This document shows positions 1 through 14,439 of a DNA stretch of 64,000 bases, piece by piece. Source of the stretch: Balamuthia mandrillaris (Eukaryota); the NCBI GenBank assembly GCA_031835245.2, contig JAVKOQ020000008.1, forward strand, positions 248,001 through 312,000, read 5' to 3'. The notes below the pieces were generated by a model that saw only the letters and a list, made by a program, of their open reading frames with translations, searched no databases and was not told where the DNA came from. The position numbers were made by a program, and so were the translations under genes. How positions within the stretch are numbered: position 1 is the stretch's first letter; each line of letters starts with the position of its first letter.

Positions 1-1420
1 GAAAGGCTTCGTCGACGCTGTAAAGTGGATGTTGAACCGCAAGGCCGTGCCGCTGCCTTCCCCTCAGGAACTCGACCAAAAATTGCCTGTCCTTGAGCCT
101 AACTGGGACACCATTTATACTCCACGCTCTTCCTTCACTCTATCCTCTTCTGCCTCTGCCTCTTCCTCGTCCTCGTCTTCTTCCAACACAGCAAATGGCA
201 AAGAGGAAGAAGAGGAAGACAAAGCCAACGGAGACAGACCCATCATACAGGCCACGTGGATCGGCCACTCCTCGTTCCTGGTGCAGATGGAGGGCGTCAA
301 CTTCTTGACGGACCCCGTTTGGAGCCTGCGATGCTCTCCCTTGGGAAACGTTGGCGTTGGACCCAAACGCTTCCGGCCAGTGCCTTTCCCTATTGCTCGC
401 TTGCCTCCCATTGACTTTGTGGTCATTAGGTGCGTTGTTGTTGTCTTATGTTGTTCTTGTTGTTCTTGTTGTTGTGCTTGATAGAACGAATAGCAAATAA
501 CATTATCTCTTTACAGCCACAACCACTACGACCACTTGGACTATTATACGGTGCAGCAGTTGGGTAACTCCACGAAGTGGTATGTACCAATGGGCCTCAA
601 AGCATGGTTCCTCAAATGTGGTGTCAGCAACGTGGTGGAATTGGGATGGTGGGAGAAAGCCGTCTTTTCCAAAAAGAAGACTGCCTCCTCTTCCAAAGGA
701 AAAGGAGAAAAAGAAGCAGGAGACGGAGAAGAAGTGAGAGTAGAAATCGTAGCGACACCTGCTCAGCACTGGAGTCTCCGCAGCGGATTCGATCGATGCC
801 AAAGCTTGTGGTGCAGTTGGGCAGTGATGGGACGTTACAACCGTGTTTTCTTTGCTGGTGATACTGGCTATTGCCCCGCTTTTGCTGAGATTGGTCGTCA
901 ACACGGTCCTTTTGACTTGGGGTACTTCTTCTTTTTGTTCTCCTTGTGCTTTTCCCTTTTTTTTTCGGACTTGTTTCTGTTCCTCCTCTCTCATTTGTGA
1001 CTTTTTAATCCATGAAACAGACTTATCCCGATTGGAGCCTATTGTCCACGAGACTTTATGAAGCCGCAGCACGTGGACCCAGTAGAAGCGGTGCAGCTAC
1101 ACGAGGACATTCGAGCCAAGCGGTCTATAGGCATGCACTGGGGCACGTTTGTCCTTACCGATGAGCACGTATTGGAGCCACCGAAGAAACTCTTCGAGGA
1201 GCTGCAAAAGAGACAAATCCATCCGAGAGACTTTTTCGTGATGAAGCACGGCCAAACGGTGAAGCTTGTTGGGAGGGAGAAAGAAAGAAGGGGCTCCAAT
1301 TATGATGGTGGCGAAGAAGAGGAAGATGAATCAAAAGAGGTAATAGAGGAAGAAGGAATTGATGAGTGGTGGGTAGAGTATCTTCATGATGACGGTAAGA
1401 AGGAAGCAAGCTTCGCCTGA
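1..1420 (+). CDS. NAPEPLD: N-acyl-phosphatidylethanolamine phospholipase D (metallo-beta-lactamase fold), probably 5'-partial; introns 430-516 and 922-1020
   Basis: Spliced translation gives TWIGHSSFLVQ, FLTDPVWS, ISHNHYDHLD (across intron 1), TPAQHWSLR, FFAGDTGY, LIPIGAY-PR-FMKPQHVDP and IGMHWGTF, which are the NAPE-PLD motifs. Both introns are GT-AG. Confidence 0.93.
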
Positions 1421-1635
1421 AAGAAAAAGAGACAAAGTGAAGAAAAACTTTAAAAAAAAAATAGAAGGCTCTATTTACAATCAACAAAAAAAAAATGAGA
1501 AACAGGGCTCAAGAGAGAGAGAACTTTCTTTTTGTCACTTTTTTTTTTCCTGCTGACCTGAAGAAGGTGACCCGTTATGAACAAAAAAACAAACAAAAAT
1601 AAACCGTCAATGCGAGTGCAAAAAAAAAAAAAAAG

Positions 1636-3063
1636 TTAACATTGGCAGTTGTTTTTGTTCTGGTCTTTGTCAAAGAGTGCAATATCGTCTAATGTTAACT
1701 TCTCCAACTCTTCTGAAATAGGAATCTGTTTTACTGTTGATAAACAAAAGCAGAGGAAGAGTTAGTAAGAGTTGAAAGGGAAAGAAGGAATGAGAAGGGA
1801 ATGGAGAAGAAGATACCTAGCTCTGTGAATGCGGTTTCTACATTGTCACCTGTTTTGGCTGAAGTCTCAAAAAAAAGTATTCCTTGTGACAGTGCATAGC
1901 GTTCGCCCTCCTGCTCACAGAGAAAAAGACGAGATGAGAAGAAAGAAAGGAGAATAAAGAACGCGAAAGAAGTGAACGAAAGAATGAGAAGAGAACAGAG
2001 AGAGAGAGGAGAGTGAAGGGAAATGAGAAACCGTTGCCAAGATTTTCCGCCTGTTGGGTACGTCGCACTTGTTGGCTACAAGCACTATTTTAAAAGTATC
2101 TGGCATGTCTCGACGAAGCTTCTCCACCCAGTACTTGGCTTTATCGAATGTTTCTCGCTCCGTCATGTCATAAACCACCAAAGCGCCATGTGCCGTTCTG
2201 TAATACTGCTCTGTCATTGACTCAAACTGTTGGGTATAAATCAGCACTACTCCAAGAAGAAGCAAACAAACTACAAGATAGTAGCAGTAACAGAAGGAGG
2301 AGAAGGAGAAGGAGAAGGAGAAGGAGAAGGAGAAGGAGAAGGAGAAGGAGAAGGAGAAGGAGAAGGAGAAGGAGAAGGAGAAGGAGAAGGAGAAGGAGAA
2401 GGAGAAGAGAAGGAGAAGGAGAAGGAGAAGGAGAAGGAGAAGGAGAAGGAGAAGGAGAAGGAGAAGGAGAAGGAGAAGGAGAAGGAGAAGGAGAAGGAGA
2501 AGTAGGAGAACAAAAACAAGGCAAAAGGACAACAAGAACAAAGAGGGGGGAGAAAGAATAAAGGAAGAAGGTAATGAGAGCAGCAAGGATAAACCTGCTC
2601 CTGTCCTGCCGTGTCCCATATTTCAACTTTGACTTTAACCCCTTCCAAATCCAACACTTTCTCAAGATGCAGGGCTAATATGATGTGTTGCAATAATAAA
2701 AGAAGGACGAGAAGAAATAAATCAATAAACTTTCCTTCATTTCAAAAACAAAGAGGAGGGAGGGGGCAAAAAAAGTGGAGAAGAGGAGAGCAAACAAAAA
2801 ATAAAAAAAAACAAAAACAAACCTCCAACTGTGGAAAACTGGTTCTCATCGAATTTATCTTGAGCAAAGCGCCGTGAAACGCTTGTCTTTCCTACTCTGT
2901 GTCTGAGGGAGTGAAAAAAAAAAAGGGGAGACGTTATTACAGTGGACTCTCACAAAAGCATGGTGAAGAAAAATAATAGTAATCAAATGCTGGTTTTTTC
3001 CCTCTCGCTTTGGAGCTATTACCTGCCCATCGTCACAACCAACACCTTTCGATCATACGCCAT
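1636..3063 (-). CDS. Divergent Rab-family small GTPase, 6 exons
   Basis: MAYDRKVLVVTMG/RHRVGKTS (G1), WDTAGQEQ (G3), VANKCD (G4), ETSAKTG (G5) and a C-terminal CQC* prenylation motif. Exons join in frame at GT-AG sites. Confidence 0.9.
2293..2501. repeat. (GAAGGA)n hexamer microsatellite in Rab intron 3, with one register slip near 2405
   Basis: Directly visible tandem repeat; it is the source of the spurious poly-L/R/EG ORFs. Confidence 0.97.
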
Positions 3064-3683
3064 GTTGTTTGTTTTTATGGGGGGAAAGAACGCTTCTCTC
3101 TCTTCGTCTTCTTCTTTTTATGTGTCCGTTGGGGGAGGGGGGAGGGGAGGGTTTGTGTCGTCCACAAAATAGCTTTCCTCCTCCACAGCTTCTCTCTTCT
3201 TGTTTTTCTTCTTTTTTCTCCGACTGATCATGGATCACTAAAGTCATCGTGATCTTTGATTTACGATAGGCCGAGAAACCGATCAAATATGACGTCACCG
3301 TTCCACCACGTCCTAGACCCTACGCACCCTCATCCTCAACGCCCCTTTTTTTTATTTCTTTTATTAAAATACAAAGGGAAACGAAAAAAAAAAAAGACAA
3401 TCAAATAAATAAAAGGGGAGCCAGAGAAGAGGAGAGTAGAGGAGAGAAGAGTAGCGAGAAACCGAAAAAAAAAAGGAAACAAAAACAGTGCACCCATACG
3501 GAGAAGTAGTGGGGTTTTTTTAGAGTAGCACAAAAAAAAAAAAAATATTAAATAAATAGCGGCAGCACAGGGTGGTGGTTGGTGGTTGGTGGTGGCTTCC
3601 TCCCTTCCTTCTTGCTGCTTGGCCATTTTGTTTTTATTTTTTTTCATTCGTGGAAAAAGAACGATTTTGTTTTTTTCTTTGTG

Positions 3684-5325
3684 ATGCAGGACCGACCCTC
3701 TTCGTTGGTTGCTGCTACTCCTCCTCCTCCTCCTCCTCCACCACGAGATACAACGACAAGAACCAACAATCACGCTTTGGGTAGCGGCAGATTTGGAGTT
3801 GGGGCTGGAGTTGCGCTGCTGGAAGAGGACCCAGCTACCTCTGCTGCCTCCGACCACAGCCACAGACCCAATGGGACAACAGCCACAATGACAGCAGCAT
3901 CCACTACGTATTTGTTTGCTAGCAGAGAAGCAGAAGGAGGAGTCAATGGAGGCTATCGTGGAGGAGGCGGAGGAGACTCTCGCTCCTCCGCTACCACTGC
4001 CGCCTCTACCAAGGACTACTCTCACCTCCATCACTACCACCAACATCAACACCATCCTCACCACCATCAGCATCAGCACCAACACCCATTTGCCCTTTCA
4101 ACAGCAGGAGAGAACTCCTCTTCTTCTACGCCGTCTCCTACTACCACCACTCACCGCTCTGCCGCTCGTTTTATTGCCTCACACCAGCTTCAACAAGTGC
4201 CACCAACACAGCGGGACACGTTGCATCATCAGCGTCCTTCTTCTCCGGTTGCTACTCTACCCTCCATCCCTCCTCCCTCTCCTACTCATTATTTGGAAGA
4301 GAACGTCAACCCTCCGACCAACCAGAAGAGATCTCCTCCTTCTTCCTCCTACTCCCTTTTTTCCTCTTTTTATTCGGCTACTGCCTCTCCTGCAGCCTCT
4401 AATGCTGCTCCCACTATGGATGACAACAACAAAAACGACACCAGCAAACTCTACACCCATCGCCATCATAACAATAACCATCACCACAATCACAGAATCA
4501 CAGCTCCTACTACTAGCGCCGCCAAACCAACACCCAAACAAAGGAGAAAAGAAACGGCCACGACCTCTCGTCTTCCCTCCTCTTCCTCTTCTCCATTGTT
4601 GAATTCTTCAGCTTCTACTTCGGCTTCTGCCTCTTCTTCCACTCCTTCCACCACTGTTCCAGCTTCTAGCGAGGAAGTAGAACTTCCAAGTGGTGGAACT
4701 CGTGCATCTGTATCCTCTGGGCTAACTTCCATAGAGACGGATATTAGCTCGGATGAAGCTGAGATGAAGGAGGAACCACCACCCCAAGGCAGTGATTGGT
4801 ACGTCCTTTTGTATGAACATGAACGAAACAAGAGAGTAAAGAGACTTAGAGAAGAGAGAGAGAGAGAACAAGAACAATTCACTTAACAAGACATTGATTT
4901 GGTAGGACGAACAGCAAAGATGAGGAAGGAGTGCGACGGAGCTGGCAACACATACGTTGCCAGCTGGCATGGCGGTGGAAGTGGTTACAGCTGCAGGCTC
5001 ACGATGTACAACACCATGTGGACCTATGCGAGGCTATTTGCGAGCGCAAGCGGCGCAGCAAGCAGAAGATCACTCCTCTTTATACAGATCCACACCAACC
5101 ACATGCCATCCGCACTACTGGTTTCGCTCCTCTCCAAAAAAATCGAAAGCTCTTTCGCAGAGCGCCTTCGTTTGACTCTGCCATTGCCACAACTACCTCC
5201 TTTTCCTCTTCTGCATCCCCTTCCACATCAACCACCACCCAAAACAACCGCCACCCTTCTGGTTCCAAGCTTCTTTCCTCTTCTCTACCTCCTACTCATC
5301 CTCTCTATTCTCATTACCATGGTAC

Positions 5326-5360
<35 letters not shown>

Positions 5361-6803
5361 TCCTCCCTCTTCCTCTCCTTCTCTCTTCTCTCTTCTCATC
5401 AACGATGACTAATCGGGATATAAAATGTTTTATAATATATGCAATAATGAAGCCGAACTGGTTGCGGAGAGAGAAAAACGGAGACGAGAAGGTAGAAAGC
5501 GAAAACGATTTGAAGAGAAAAAACGAAAAAAGAGCGCCAAACGTATGGATAGCCACCCCGAGGCGCAATCCTTCCCTCCTTTCGCAGCTGAAACAACCCC
5601 TGCAAAGAAACAAAAACGTAAAGTGCTCCTACTAAACCATACACATGTGCATTTTTCTCACTTTAATTCTATCGTTCTGATATTCTGCGATATTAGCTTT
5701 TTCATCCCATAAGAGACTTTCATCTAGCCGAGAAAATGGTTTGACTTCTTGAAACAGATCTTCTTTTTTTGAAACAAATCTTCTCTTCAGTAGTTAACTA
5801 ACTTGTTGTGTAGCCTCGAAGCATAGGGACTCACTTACTGAATCCCTTTCTAACAATACTCAACAACGACACAACAAAGCGAAAAAGAAGAAAAGCCTAA
5901 AGAGTAGCGATTTTGACATTGACAATTACGTCATTCCCTTTGGTATGCTCAGCATGAACATCGCCATGCCTGAAAGAGAGATCAAACCGGAAATCACAAC
6001 GCCCTCTTGGCGTTCCACCATCGAAGACGCTGAAACCGAAGCCAGTAGCGAGGTGCATATCCCTTCTCTCTTCTCTCCTCTCTCTCTTGCGAGCAAAAGG
6101 TGAACTTTTTGCTGAATGAGCGAGCGTATTATGTGAATAGGAGGACACCGGGGACGAAAGTTTTGCGCAGAGACATGTTGACCAAGAATGGGCCGAGAGG
6201 CAACGGTATCTCGTGCCCAAAAGTGGAAGCAGGCGACCCACAGCTCGGTCTCCTGCTTATTCTGGTACGTTATTCTTTTGCTTGTACAAAAAAATACTAA
6301 GCGAGTAACTGAATTAAAAAACAGCAGATATTCAACAAACCTCTGAAGAATGGAAAAAGAACCGAACGGATTTTATCAACAAAACCTACCTTAATAACTC
6401 CCACAGACGACCTCTACAATCTATCCTTTGGGATATGTATAGCGAAGCAGATGAAGAACAGAGCGAGGAAGAAGAGGAGATGAATCAATTGGGCAAGGAA
6501 GACTTTGAAGAAAAAGTGGAGGAAGAAGAAGCGGAAGCAGATGATGAAGAAGAAGAGGAGGAAGAAGAGGAAGAAGACTCTTATGTTGATGATGATGGGA
6601 ATTTTGGAGATGATTGGGATTACGAACAACAACAAAAGCAACGGAGAAAGGCTAAACACAAGTACAAACACCAAAAGCAAAACGGGGTGGACGTGGATGT
6701 CACCCTCCTAAACGATGACTCGTTCAATTACTCCTCTTTCCGGTGGAACGTTGCCTCCGCTACGAGCACCACCATTTGCATACGTAGAACCATCAGAGAT
6801 TGA
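3684..6803 (+). CDS. KANSL1/NSL1-like protein with PEHE domain (multi-exon)
   Basis: Ordered motifs RRSWQHIRCQLAWRWKWLQLQ (exon from 4906), HAIRT..KNRKLFR, HPLYS, SDFDIDNYVIPFG (~5907-5945), EITTPSWR and EDTGDESFAQRHVDQEWAERQRY (exon from 6141) follow the NSL1/PEHE motif order. Middle exon boundaries are uncertain. Confidence 0.72.
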
Positions 6804-6940
6804 GGCCAGTTGCCCCTCTTCCATTCATTCAGTTACAAAAAAAAAAGAACCCTTCTCTTCTTTCTCAAAACTTTTTTTTTGTATAACCTACAATATATGA
6901 GAGGGAGAGAAGGGAGAGAAGAGAGAGAGAGAGAGAGAAC

Positions 6941-7380
6941 TCAGTGAGGAATACAATGACGGTCGCAATATGGTTCGCCACGGAAAGACACGAATTGGTT
7001 GGCCAACCCTTTGCCACAGCCGTAACAGGTGAAGCAGTCGTAGTGCCAATCGGCGTCGAGAGCCTTGGCGAACTCGCCCACGATGATTCTGCCGCAGCGA
7101 TGGCAAACGAGCCTGCCCACGCTGCTGCGACCGCTTTCCACGCATTCCTGACAGCAAGGCTCGTTTTGGACGTTGAAAAAGTCGCCGGAGAGAAGGGCCT
7201 GACAAACGGAGCACACGAGGCAATGCGTGTGGTAGGCTTTGTCAGCGAAGGAGGTGTGCGTGCCACGAATGGCTTTTCCGCAACCAGCACATATTATCTT
7301 GGGCGCATTGTCCCTTTCTTCTACAGCTGTTTTTTTGTTTTTGTTTTTGTTTTTTTGTTTTTGTTTTTGTTTTAGGATTA

Positions 7381-7416
<36 letters not shown>

Positions 7417-10400
7417 CTGTTTTGAGTACATTGACGAGAGCAAGGAATGCTTTGATCCAGATTTCTCTGGTTTTATGAGCAACTTCCTGTAACTGTTGCA
7501 CATAGTGTGTTTTTTGCCCACCGGCAGCTTGCACCTCATCGCCATAGGCTCGTACGGCGTCCATGAACTTCTTTGATATCTCTAAAAAGACATTGATAGC
7601 TCTGATGATGGAATCCCTTGTATCGGATTCTTCCTCGTCCAAAGCGGCGGCGGCTTTGCGCAGAGCATCCACCACCTGCCGCATTAGCGTACGAAAGCGT
7701 TCAAAGTCAAACTCTTTGAGTCCCTCATCATCGCGAAGCAGATGTGAGATCTGCCCAAGATTGGCGATGCCATCCTTAATACAATCCTTGAATGGTGCTA
7801 GTTGCACATCATCACGGTTGTTGTAGGCGGATGGTAGCGAAAGCAGCTCTTGAAGATCGTCGACCCATTGTGGATCAGCGGCAGCTGGAGGATAACGGGG
7901 TGATACTGAAGTAGAGCTGCTTCTCGAGGACGACGTCGATGACGTGGTAGCGATAACGGTTCTAGGTGATGGCAATCTGGCGCTACCAACGCGTCTTGGT
8001 GATGACAGAATGGAGCTTCCACTTCTGGGAGATGGCATTCTGGCGCTGCCACCGCTCATTGGCGATACATAGGCAACTGATCCGCCAATGCTCCTTGGTG
8101 ATGACTGCATGGGGCTACCACTTCTCGGCGATGGCAACCTGGCGCTACCACCTCTTGTAGGTGATGTATAGGCAACGGAGCCACCAATGTTTGATGAGGA
8201 GTGTGGTGCTGCATTCAGCAGATCTTGTAAAAAGTAAAAGCGGTCCATGAGCTGTTTACGGGCGTTACGGTACTGCGGATCAGAACGAACTTTAACTGCT
8301 TCGATGACAGGAGCGGCAGCTCGTGCCAATTGGTTACATGCCTGTGAAGCATTTCGTAAGCCCAGTCAACTCAAAGAGAGAATGAGAAATAAGGCGGCAG
8401 GAGAAGTGTGACTAACCTCAACCACTCGCGCACGGTAATCGGCATCAAGGCTTGTGGAGGCTACTGCCTTGGCCTCCTCCACAATCTTTCGCAACAATGC
8501 AGCAAAAGCCCTAAAGTCAAATGAGAGGTAAGGTGCATCAAGCACTTCGTTGAGCTCGTCCGCTTCAAGTTGGGCGGTAGGTCTGTAGTGTGGCTCCGTG
8601 GGACTTTCTCTTTCTCTTTCTCTTTCTCTTTCTCTTTCTCTTTCTCTTTCTCTTTCTCTTTCTCTTTCTCTTTCTCTTTCTCTTTCTCTTTCTCTTTCTC
8701 TTTCTCTTTCTCTTTCTCTTTCCTGTTGAGATTTGGCAGCAGCATTGTTGTTGTTCAATGCAGAGTCCATGTCAGCTAATAGGTCAGCTATGCTTGCATT
8801 ATAGTCCCTATCGGAGAGAGGAGCAGGCCTTTGCGCTTCCAGTTCTCTCCGCTTTTTATCTTCTTCCTCCTTCTTCCTTTTGGCGTCTTCTTCCTGTCTC
8901 TTTCTTTCCTCTTCTTTTCTTTTTTGGTCAGCTTCTTCTCTTTGCTTTCTTTCGGCCTCCTCTCTTCGCTTTTGCTCCTCTTCCCGTCTCTTCTTTTCGT
9001 CAGCTTCTCTTCGCTTCTGTTCTTCTTCTTTGTGCTTTTTGGCTGCTTCTTCCATTTTTCGTTGCTCTTCATCCTGCTTGTCTTCCGTTCCTAATTCGTT
9101 CATCAAGTTATTCAACAACTCCAAAGTCTTCTCGCTGCTCTTGTCGTCATCGCCGCCTCGAGAAAGGTCGAAGCTATTAGAAGGATTTTCTTTCTTCTGG
9201 TACCGCTGGTGTTGCGGATGAGCACCGCTATCAGGGCTGGGTGAATCGGCGTTCTTGGCAATGGCGTCTAATTGTGCCAAAAGATTAAGTATGTCCTGTC
9301 CGTCTCTTTGGTTCTCCTTCTCCTTCTCCTTCTCTTTTTCTTTCTCTTTCTCTTTTTCTTTCTCCTTTTCTTGAGCAAGGTAGGGTTGGTCTGTGCCTGC
9401 TCTTTTGTTTTGGTCGATACCCTCGGCGATGGCAGTGAGGTCATCCAGCATTCCCAAAATATTATCGGTAGATGCGGTGACGGACAGCGGAGAAGGTTTG
9501 TTGTTGTTGCTATTGTTGGAACCGCTTATAGTACGAGTTACAGCAGGCGTTGCCTTCGGGGAATCCTTGACTGGAGAGGGTGCTGCTGTGTTATGTTTTG
9601 TGGCAGGATACTTTGGTGCCAAAGGGCCGTTTTGAAGAGCATCAAGACAGAGACTGACGTAAGTCATCACACTCTTGTCATCTGGTTTGGAAGCTCTGGA
9701 CATATCATGAGGGTGAAGCATGGGCGGCAAACCAAACTCGTTCTGTAGAATGTCAAATGCCCACGCTAATCTCTTGGCATTGGTATCTTGATCTTCCTTA
9801 TCACCTGGTTATAATATACACATAGGACACATCAATTAAAAAGCAACAAACGACTGGGAGAGCTATCAGAAGGGCAAACCTAGGGCATGAAGGTCCTTGC
9901 CATACTTATGATGAGGGTCAGCGTATTCCGGTTGCTGTTTGCAAACCATTTCCGCGAATACTTTGCCGCTTTGAAAGTTGGTATCAAAGTTCTCTAACGG
10001 AGGAAGAGGTGTCCCAAACAGATTGCTGCTGTAGACTGGATTCTCAGGCCGTTGCTCTCCTCCCAAATAGCTCTCCAACGCTGACATCAACAATTGCTTT
10101 GGAGAAACGTTTTCTAGAGAGAGAGAGAGAGAGAGAGAGAGATTGAGTCGTTAGAAAGAAAACACAGAAGAGAAGCGCAATGATGAAAGAAAATAGAGAA
10201 GAGAACAGCAGAAAGAAGAAAAGGGAATAAAGAAAGAGAACGAAGGTACTATTGTTGGAGTCGTGGGCAGCAAAACGGAGTTGATAGTGGAGGATAAGGT
10301 GCCATATCAGACCGAGAATGAGCTTAAGGTCGCCGTCAGCAATGTCTTCTGCCTGAATGTTTTCAAGCCCCACATTTTCGTTTCTCATAAACACAAAAGT

Positions 10401-11076
10401 AACATAGAGGTTGTTGATGAACTGTATACGAATTCTTGGGTTGGCTGTCAAACCTTTTTTGCCCAGTTAAAATGTACTGTCATACAGCGAGAGAAAAGAG
10501 AGAGAAGAGAGAAGAGAGAAGAAAGATGATAGAAGAGAGAAGAGAGAGAGAAGAGGGAGAGAGAGAGCGAGAGAGGGGCAGCGAGAGAGAGAAGAGGGAG
10601 GAAAGAAGAAAGGAGAAAAGAAAGGAGAAAGAAGAATAAAACAAGAGAGAATCCCGGACGATAGGAGGAGAAAAAGAGAAGAATTGGGAACAGAGAAAAG
10701 TTATACCAGATAGCTCTTTGCCGGAGAGAGCTCCCAGCAGAGTAGCCAGTTGAATGCCTTGCATAACAAAGCCGTGTCAAATATGTTCATTCTCGTTCAA
10801 AATTATTGAGTAGTACCTGTCTGAAATGCGGTTTTCAGGTCGGTGATCCTCGTGTTACTGGGAGTCAAGTAGTGGTTGCACCATGCCCGGAAGCTCTGCG
10901 ACATGTTCAAAGCACGCCGGTGAATATAAAATTGACATCATTGACCACAGAGAGGGAGAGAGAGAGACCTTGTATTGCATTTGTTGCCAAGGCGGCAGCT
11001 CAGAAAAGGAGGCCAGAGAGGCATAGTCATCGCTGTCTGCCGAGTCCACCGCCAACGCCCGTTTCAACGAACTCAT
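6941..11076 (-). CDS. Actin-binding adaptor: tandem calponin-homology domains, LD-like motifs/coiled coil, helical repeats and two C-terminal LIM domains
   Basis: CH1: PWQQMQYK/SFRAWCNHYL..ITDLKTAFQTG/IQLATLLGALSGK..IQAEDIADGDLKLILGLIWHLILHYQ. CH2: NFDTNFQSGKVF..EFGLPPMLHPHDM..PDDKSVMTYVS. LIMs: CAGC..HTHCLVCSVC..CQEC and CHRC..WHYDCFTCYGC..YCDRHC. Confidence 0.85.
8604..8721. repeat. Coding (TTTCTC)n repeat encoding an (ER)n tract in the CH-LIM protein
   Basis: Visible tandem hexamer inside ORF 8366..9730(-). Confidence 0.9.
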
Positions 11077-11366
11077 TCTTCTGTTTGAAAAAATAAATAA
11101 AAATAAAATAAATGATTTATTTTCCACCCTATCCAAATTATTCAAACTGGTGACATCAGCAATGATCCTACCTGCGAGATCGTTCCCAGACAACAATCGC
11201 TACACACCCCTCATGCAAGATTGGCCACTGCTCCTCGTGCTGATTATGTTTTTTGCCCGTTCGGCTGACGTGAGCTCGCTGATGCGGGCGAAGAACCTAA
11301 CCAATTCTTTTTTGTTTGCTGCGCAAAGCATACCACACACACCTACACGTACACCCGAAGTAAACA

Positions 11367-11791
11367 ATGAGCAGCAACAAGTGTCCCACGTACGTATTTT
11401 TTCTTCAAAAAAAAATGTTGATCGCTTTGTTTGTAGTAAGTGGAAGAAAGAGATGGTGGTTCGCTCCTTCCTAATTTTTTTTGTTTGTTCAGCTGCGGTA
11501 AGGCTGTCTATTTTGCAGAGCGTGTCCAAGCCCTTGGCAAGGACTGGCATAAGCTTTGGTACGTGGTCACGGTTTTTTTTTTCCTCTCCTTGAGAGTGTT
11601 CCTTGCTCTTACTTGCCTCCCCGTTCGCAGCCTGAAGTGCAACCAATGCGGCACTCGTCTCTCTCCTGGCCAGTTTTCTGAGCACGATGACAAGCCCTAC
11701 TGCAAGGCCTGCTACGCCTCTGTTATTGGTCTGAAGGGGTATGTCCTACCTTCTTAATTTTCTCTTCTTGCCTCCTCTCCTCTCCTCTCTT

Positions 11792-11831
<40 letters not shown>

Positions 11832-11943
11832 CTCTCTTCTCGTCAGTAGACTAACCCATGGCTGGAAAAATAATTGTAGTTATGGCTTCTCCAATACTTT
11901 GGACTCACACGTGGCTGGTGGTGCCGCTGGTGGTCGCAAGTAA
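11367..11943 (+). CDS. Small single-LIM cysteine-rich protein (CRIP-like), 4 exons
   Basis: MSSNKCPT/CGKAVYFAERVQALGKDWHKLC/LKCNQCGTRLSPGQFSEHDDKPYCKACYASVIGLKG/YGFSNTLDSH...GRK*: a LIM domain followed by the CRIP-type G-x-KGYG tail. Confidence 0.9.
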
Positions 11944-12087
11944 GGCGTTTTTTTAAAAAATGGAGGAAGCGGGTGCTGACGCGTCCACTTCTCAATGGTA
12001 CTTTTAGCTTACTTTTAGTAAATAGCATTCACCAAACAAATGAGGATATTCGAACGGAGTAAAAAAAAAACAAAAAAGAAGATTCGA

Positions 12088-14439
<2,352 letters not shown>

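Noticed and set aside
1915..2693. Long poly-L, poly-R, (EG)n and (SP)n ORFs
   Set aside because: They are translations of the intronic (GAAGGA)n microsatellite.
3290..3297. Perfect CRE palindrome TGACGTCA between the divergent Rab and KANSL1-like genes
   Set aside because: A single 8-mer is expected about once by chance in 64 kb, and there is no independent support.
10440..10480. Apparent frameshift or stop in CH1 (NWAKKV*)
   Set aside because: Using the downstream AAG acceptor gives in-frame ELSG/LTANPRIR, so no recoding is needed.
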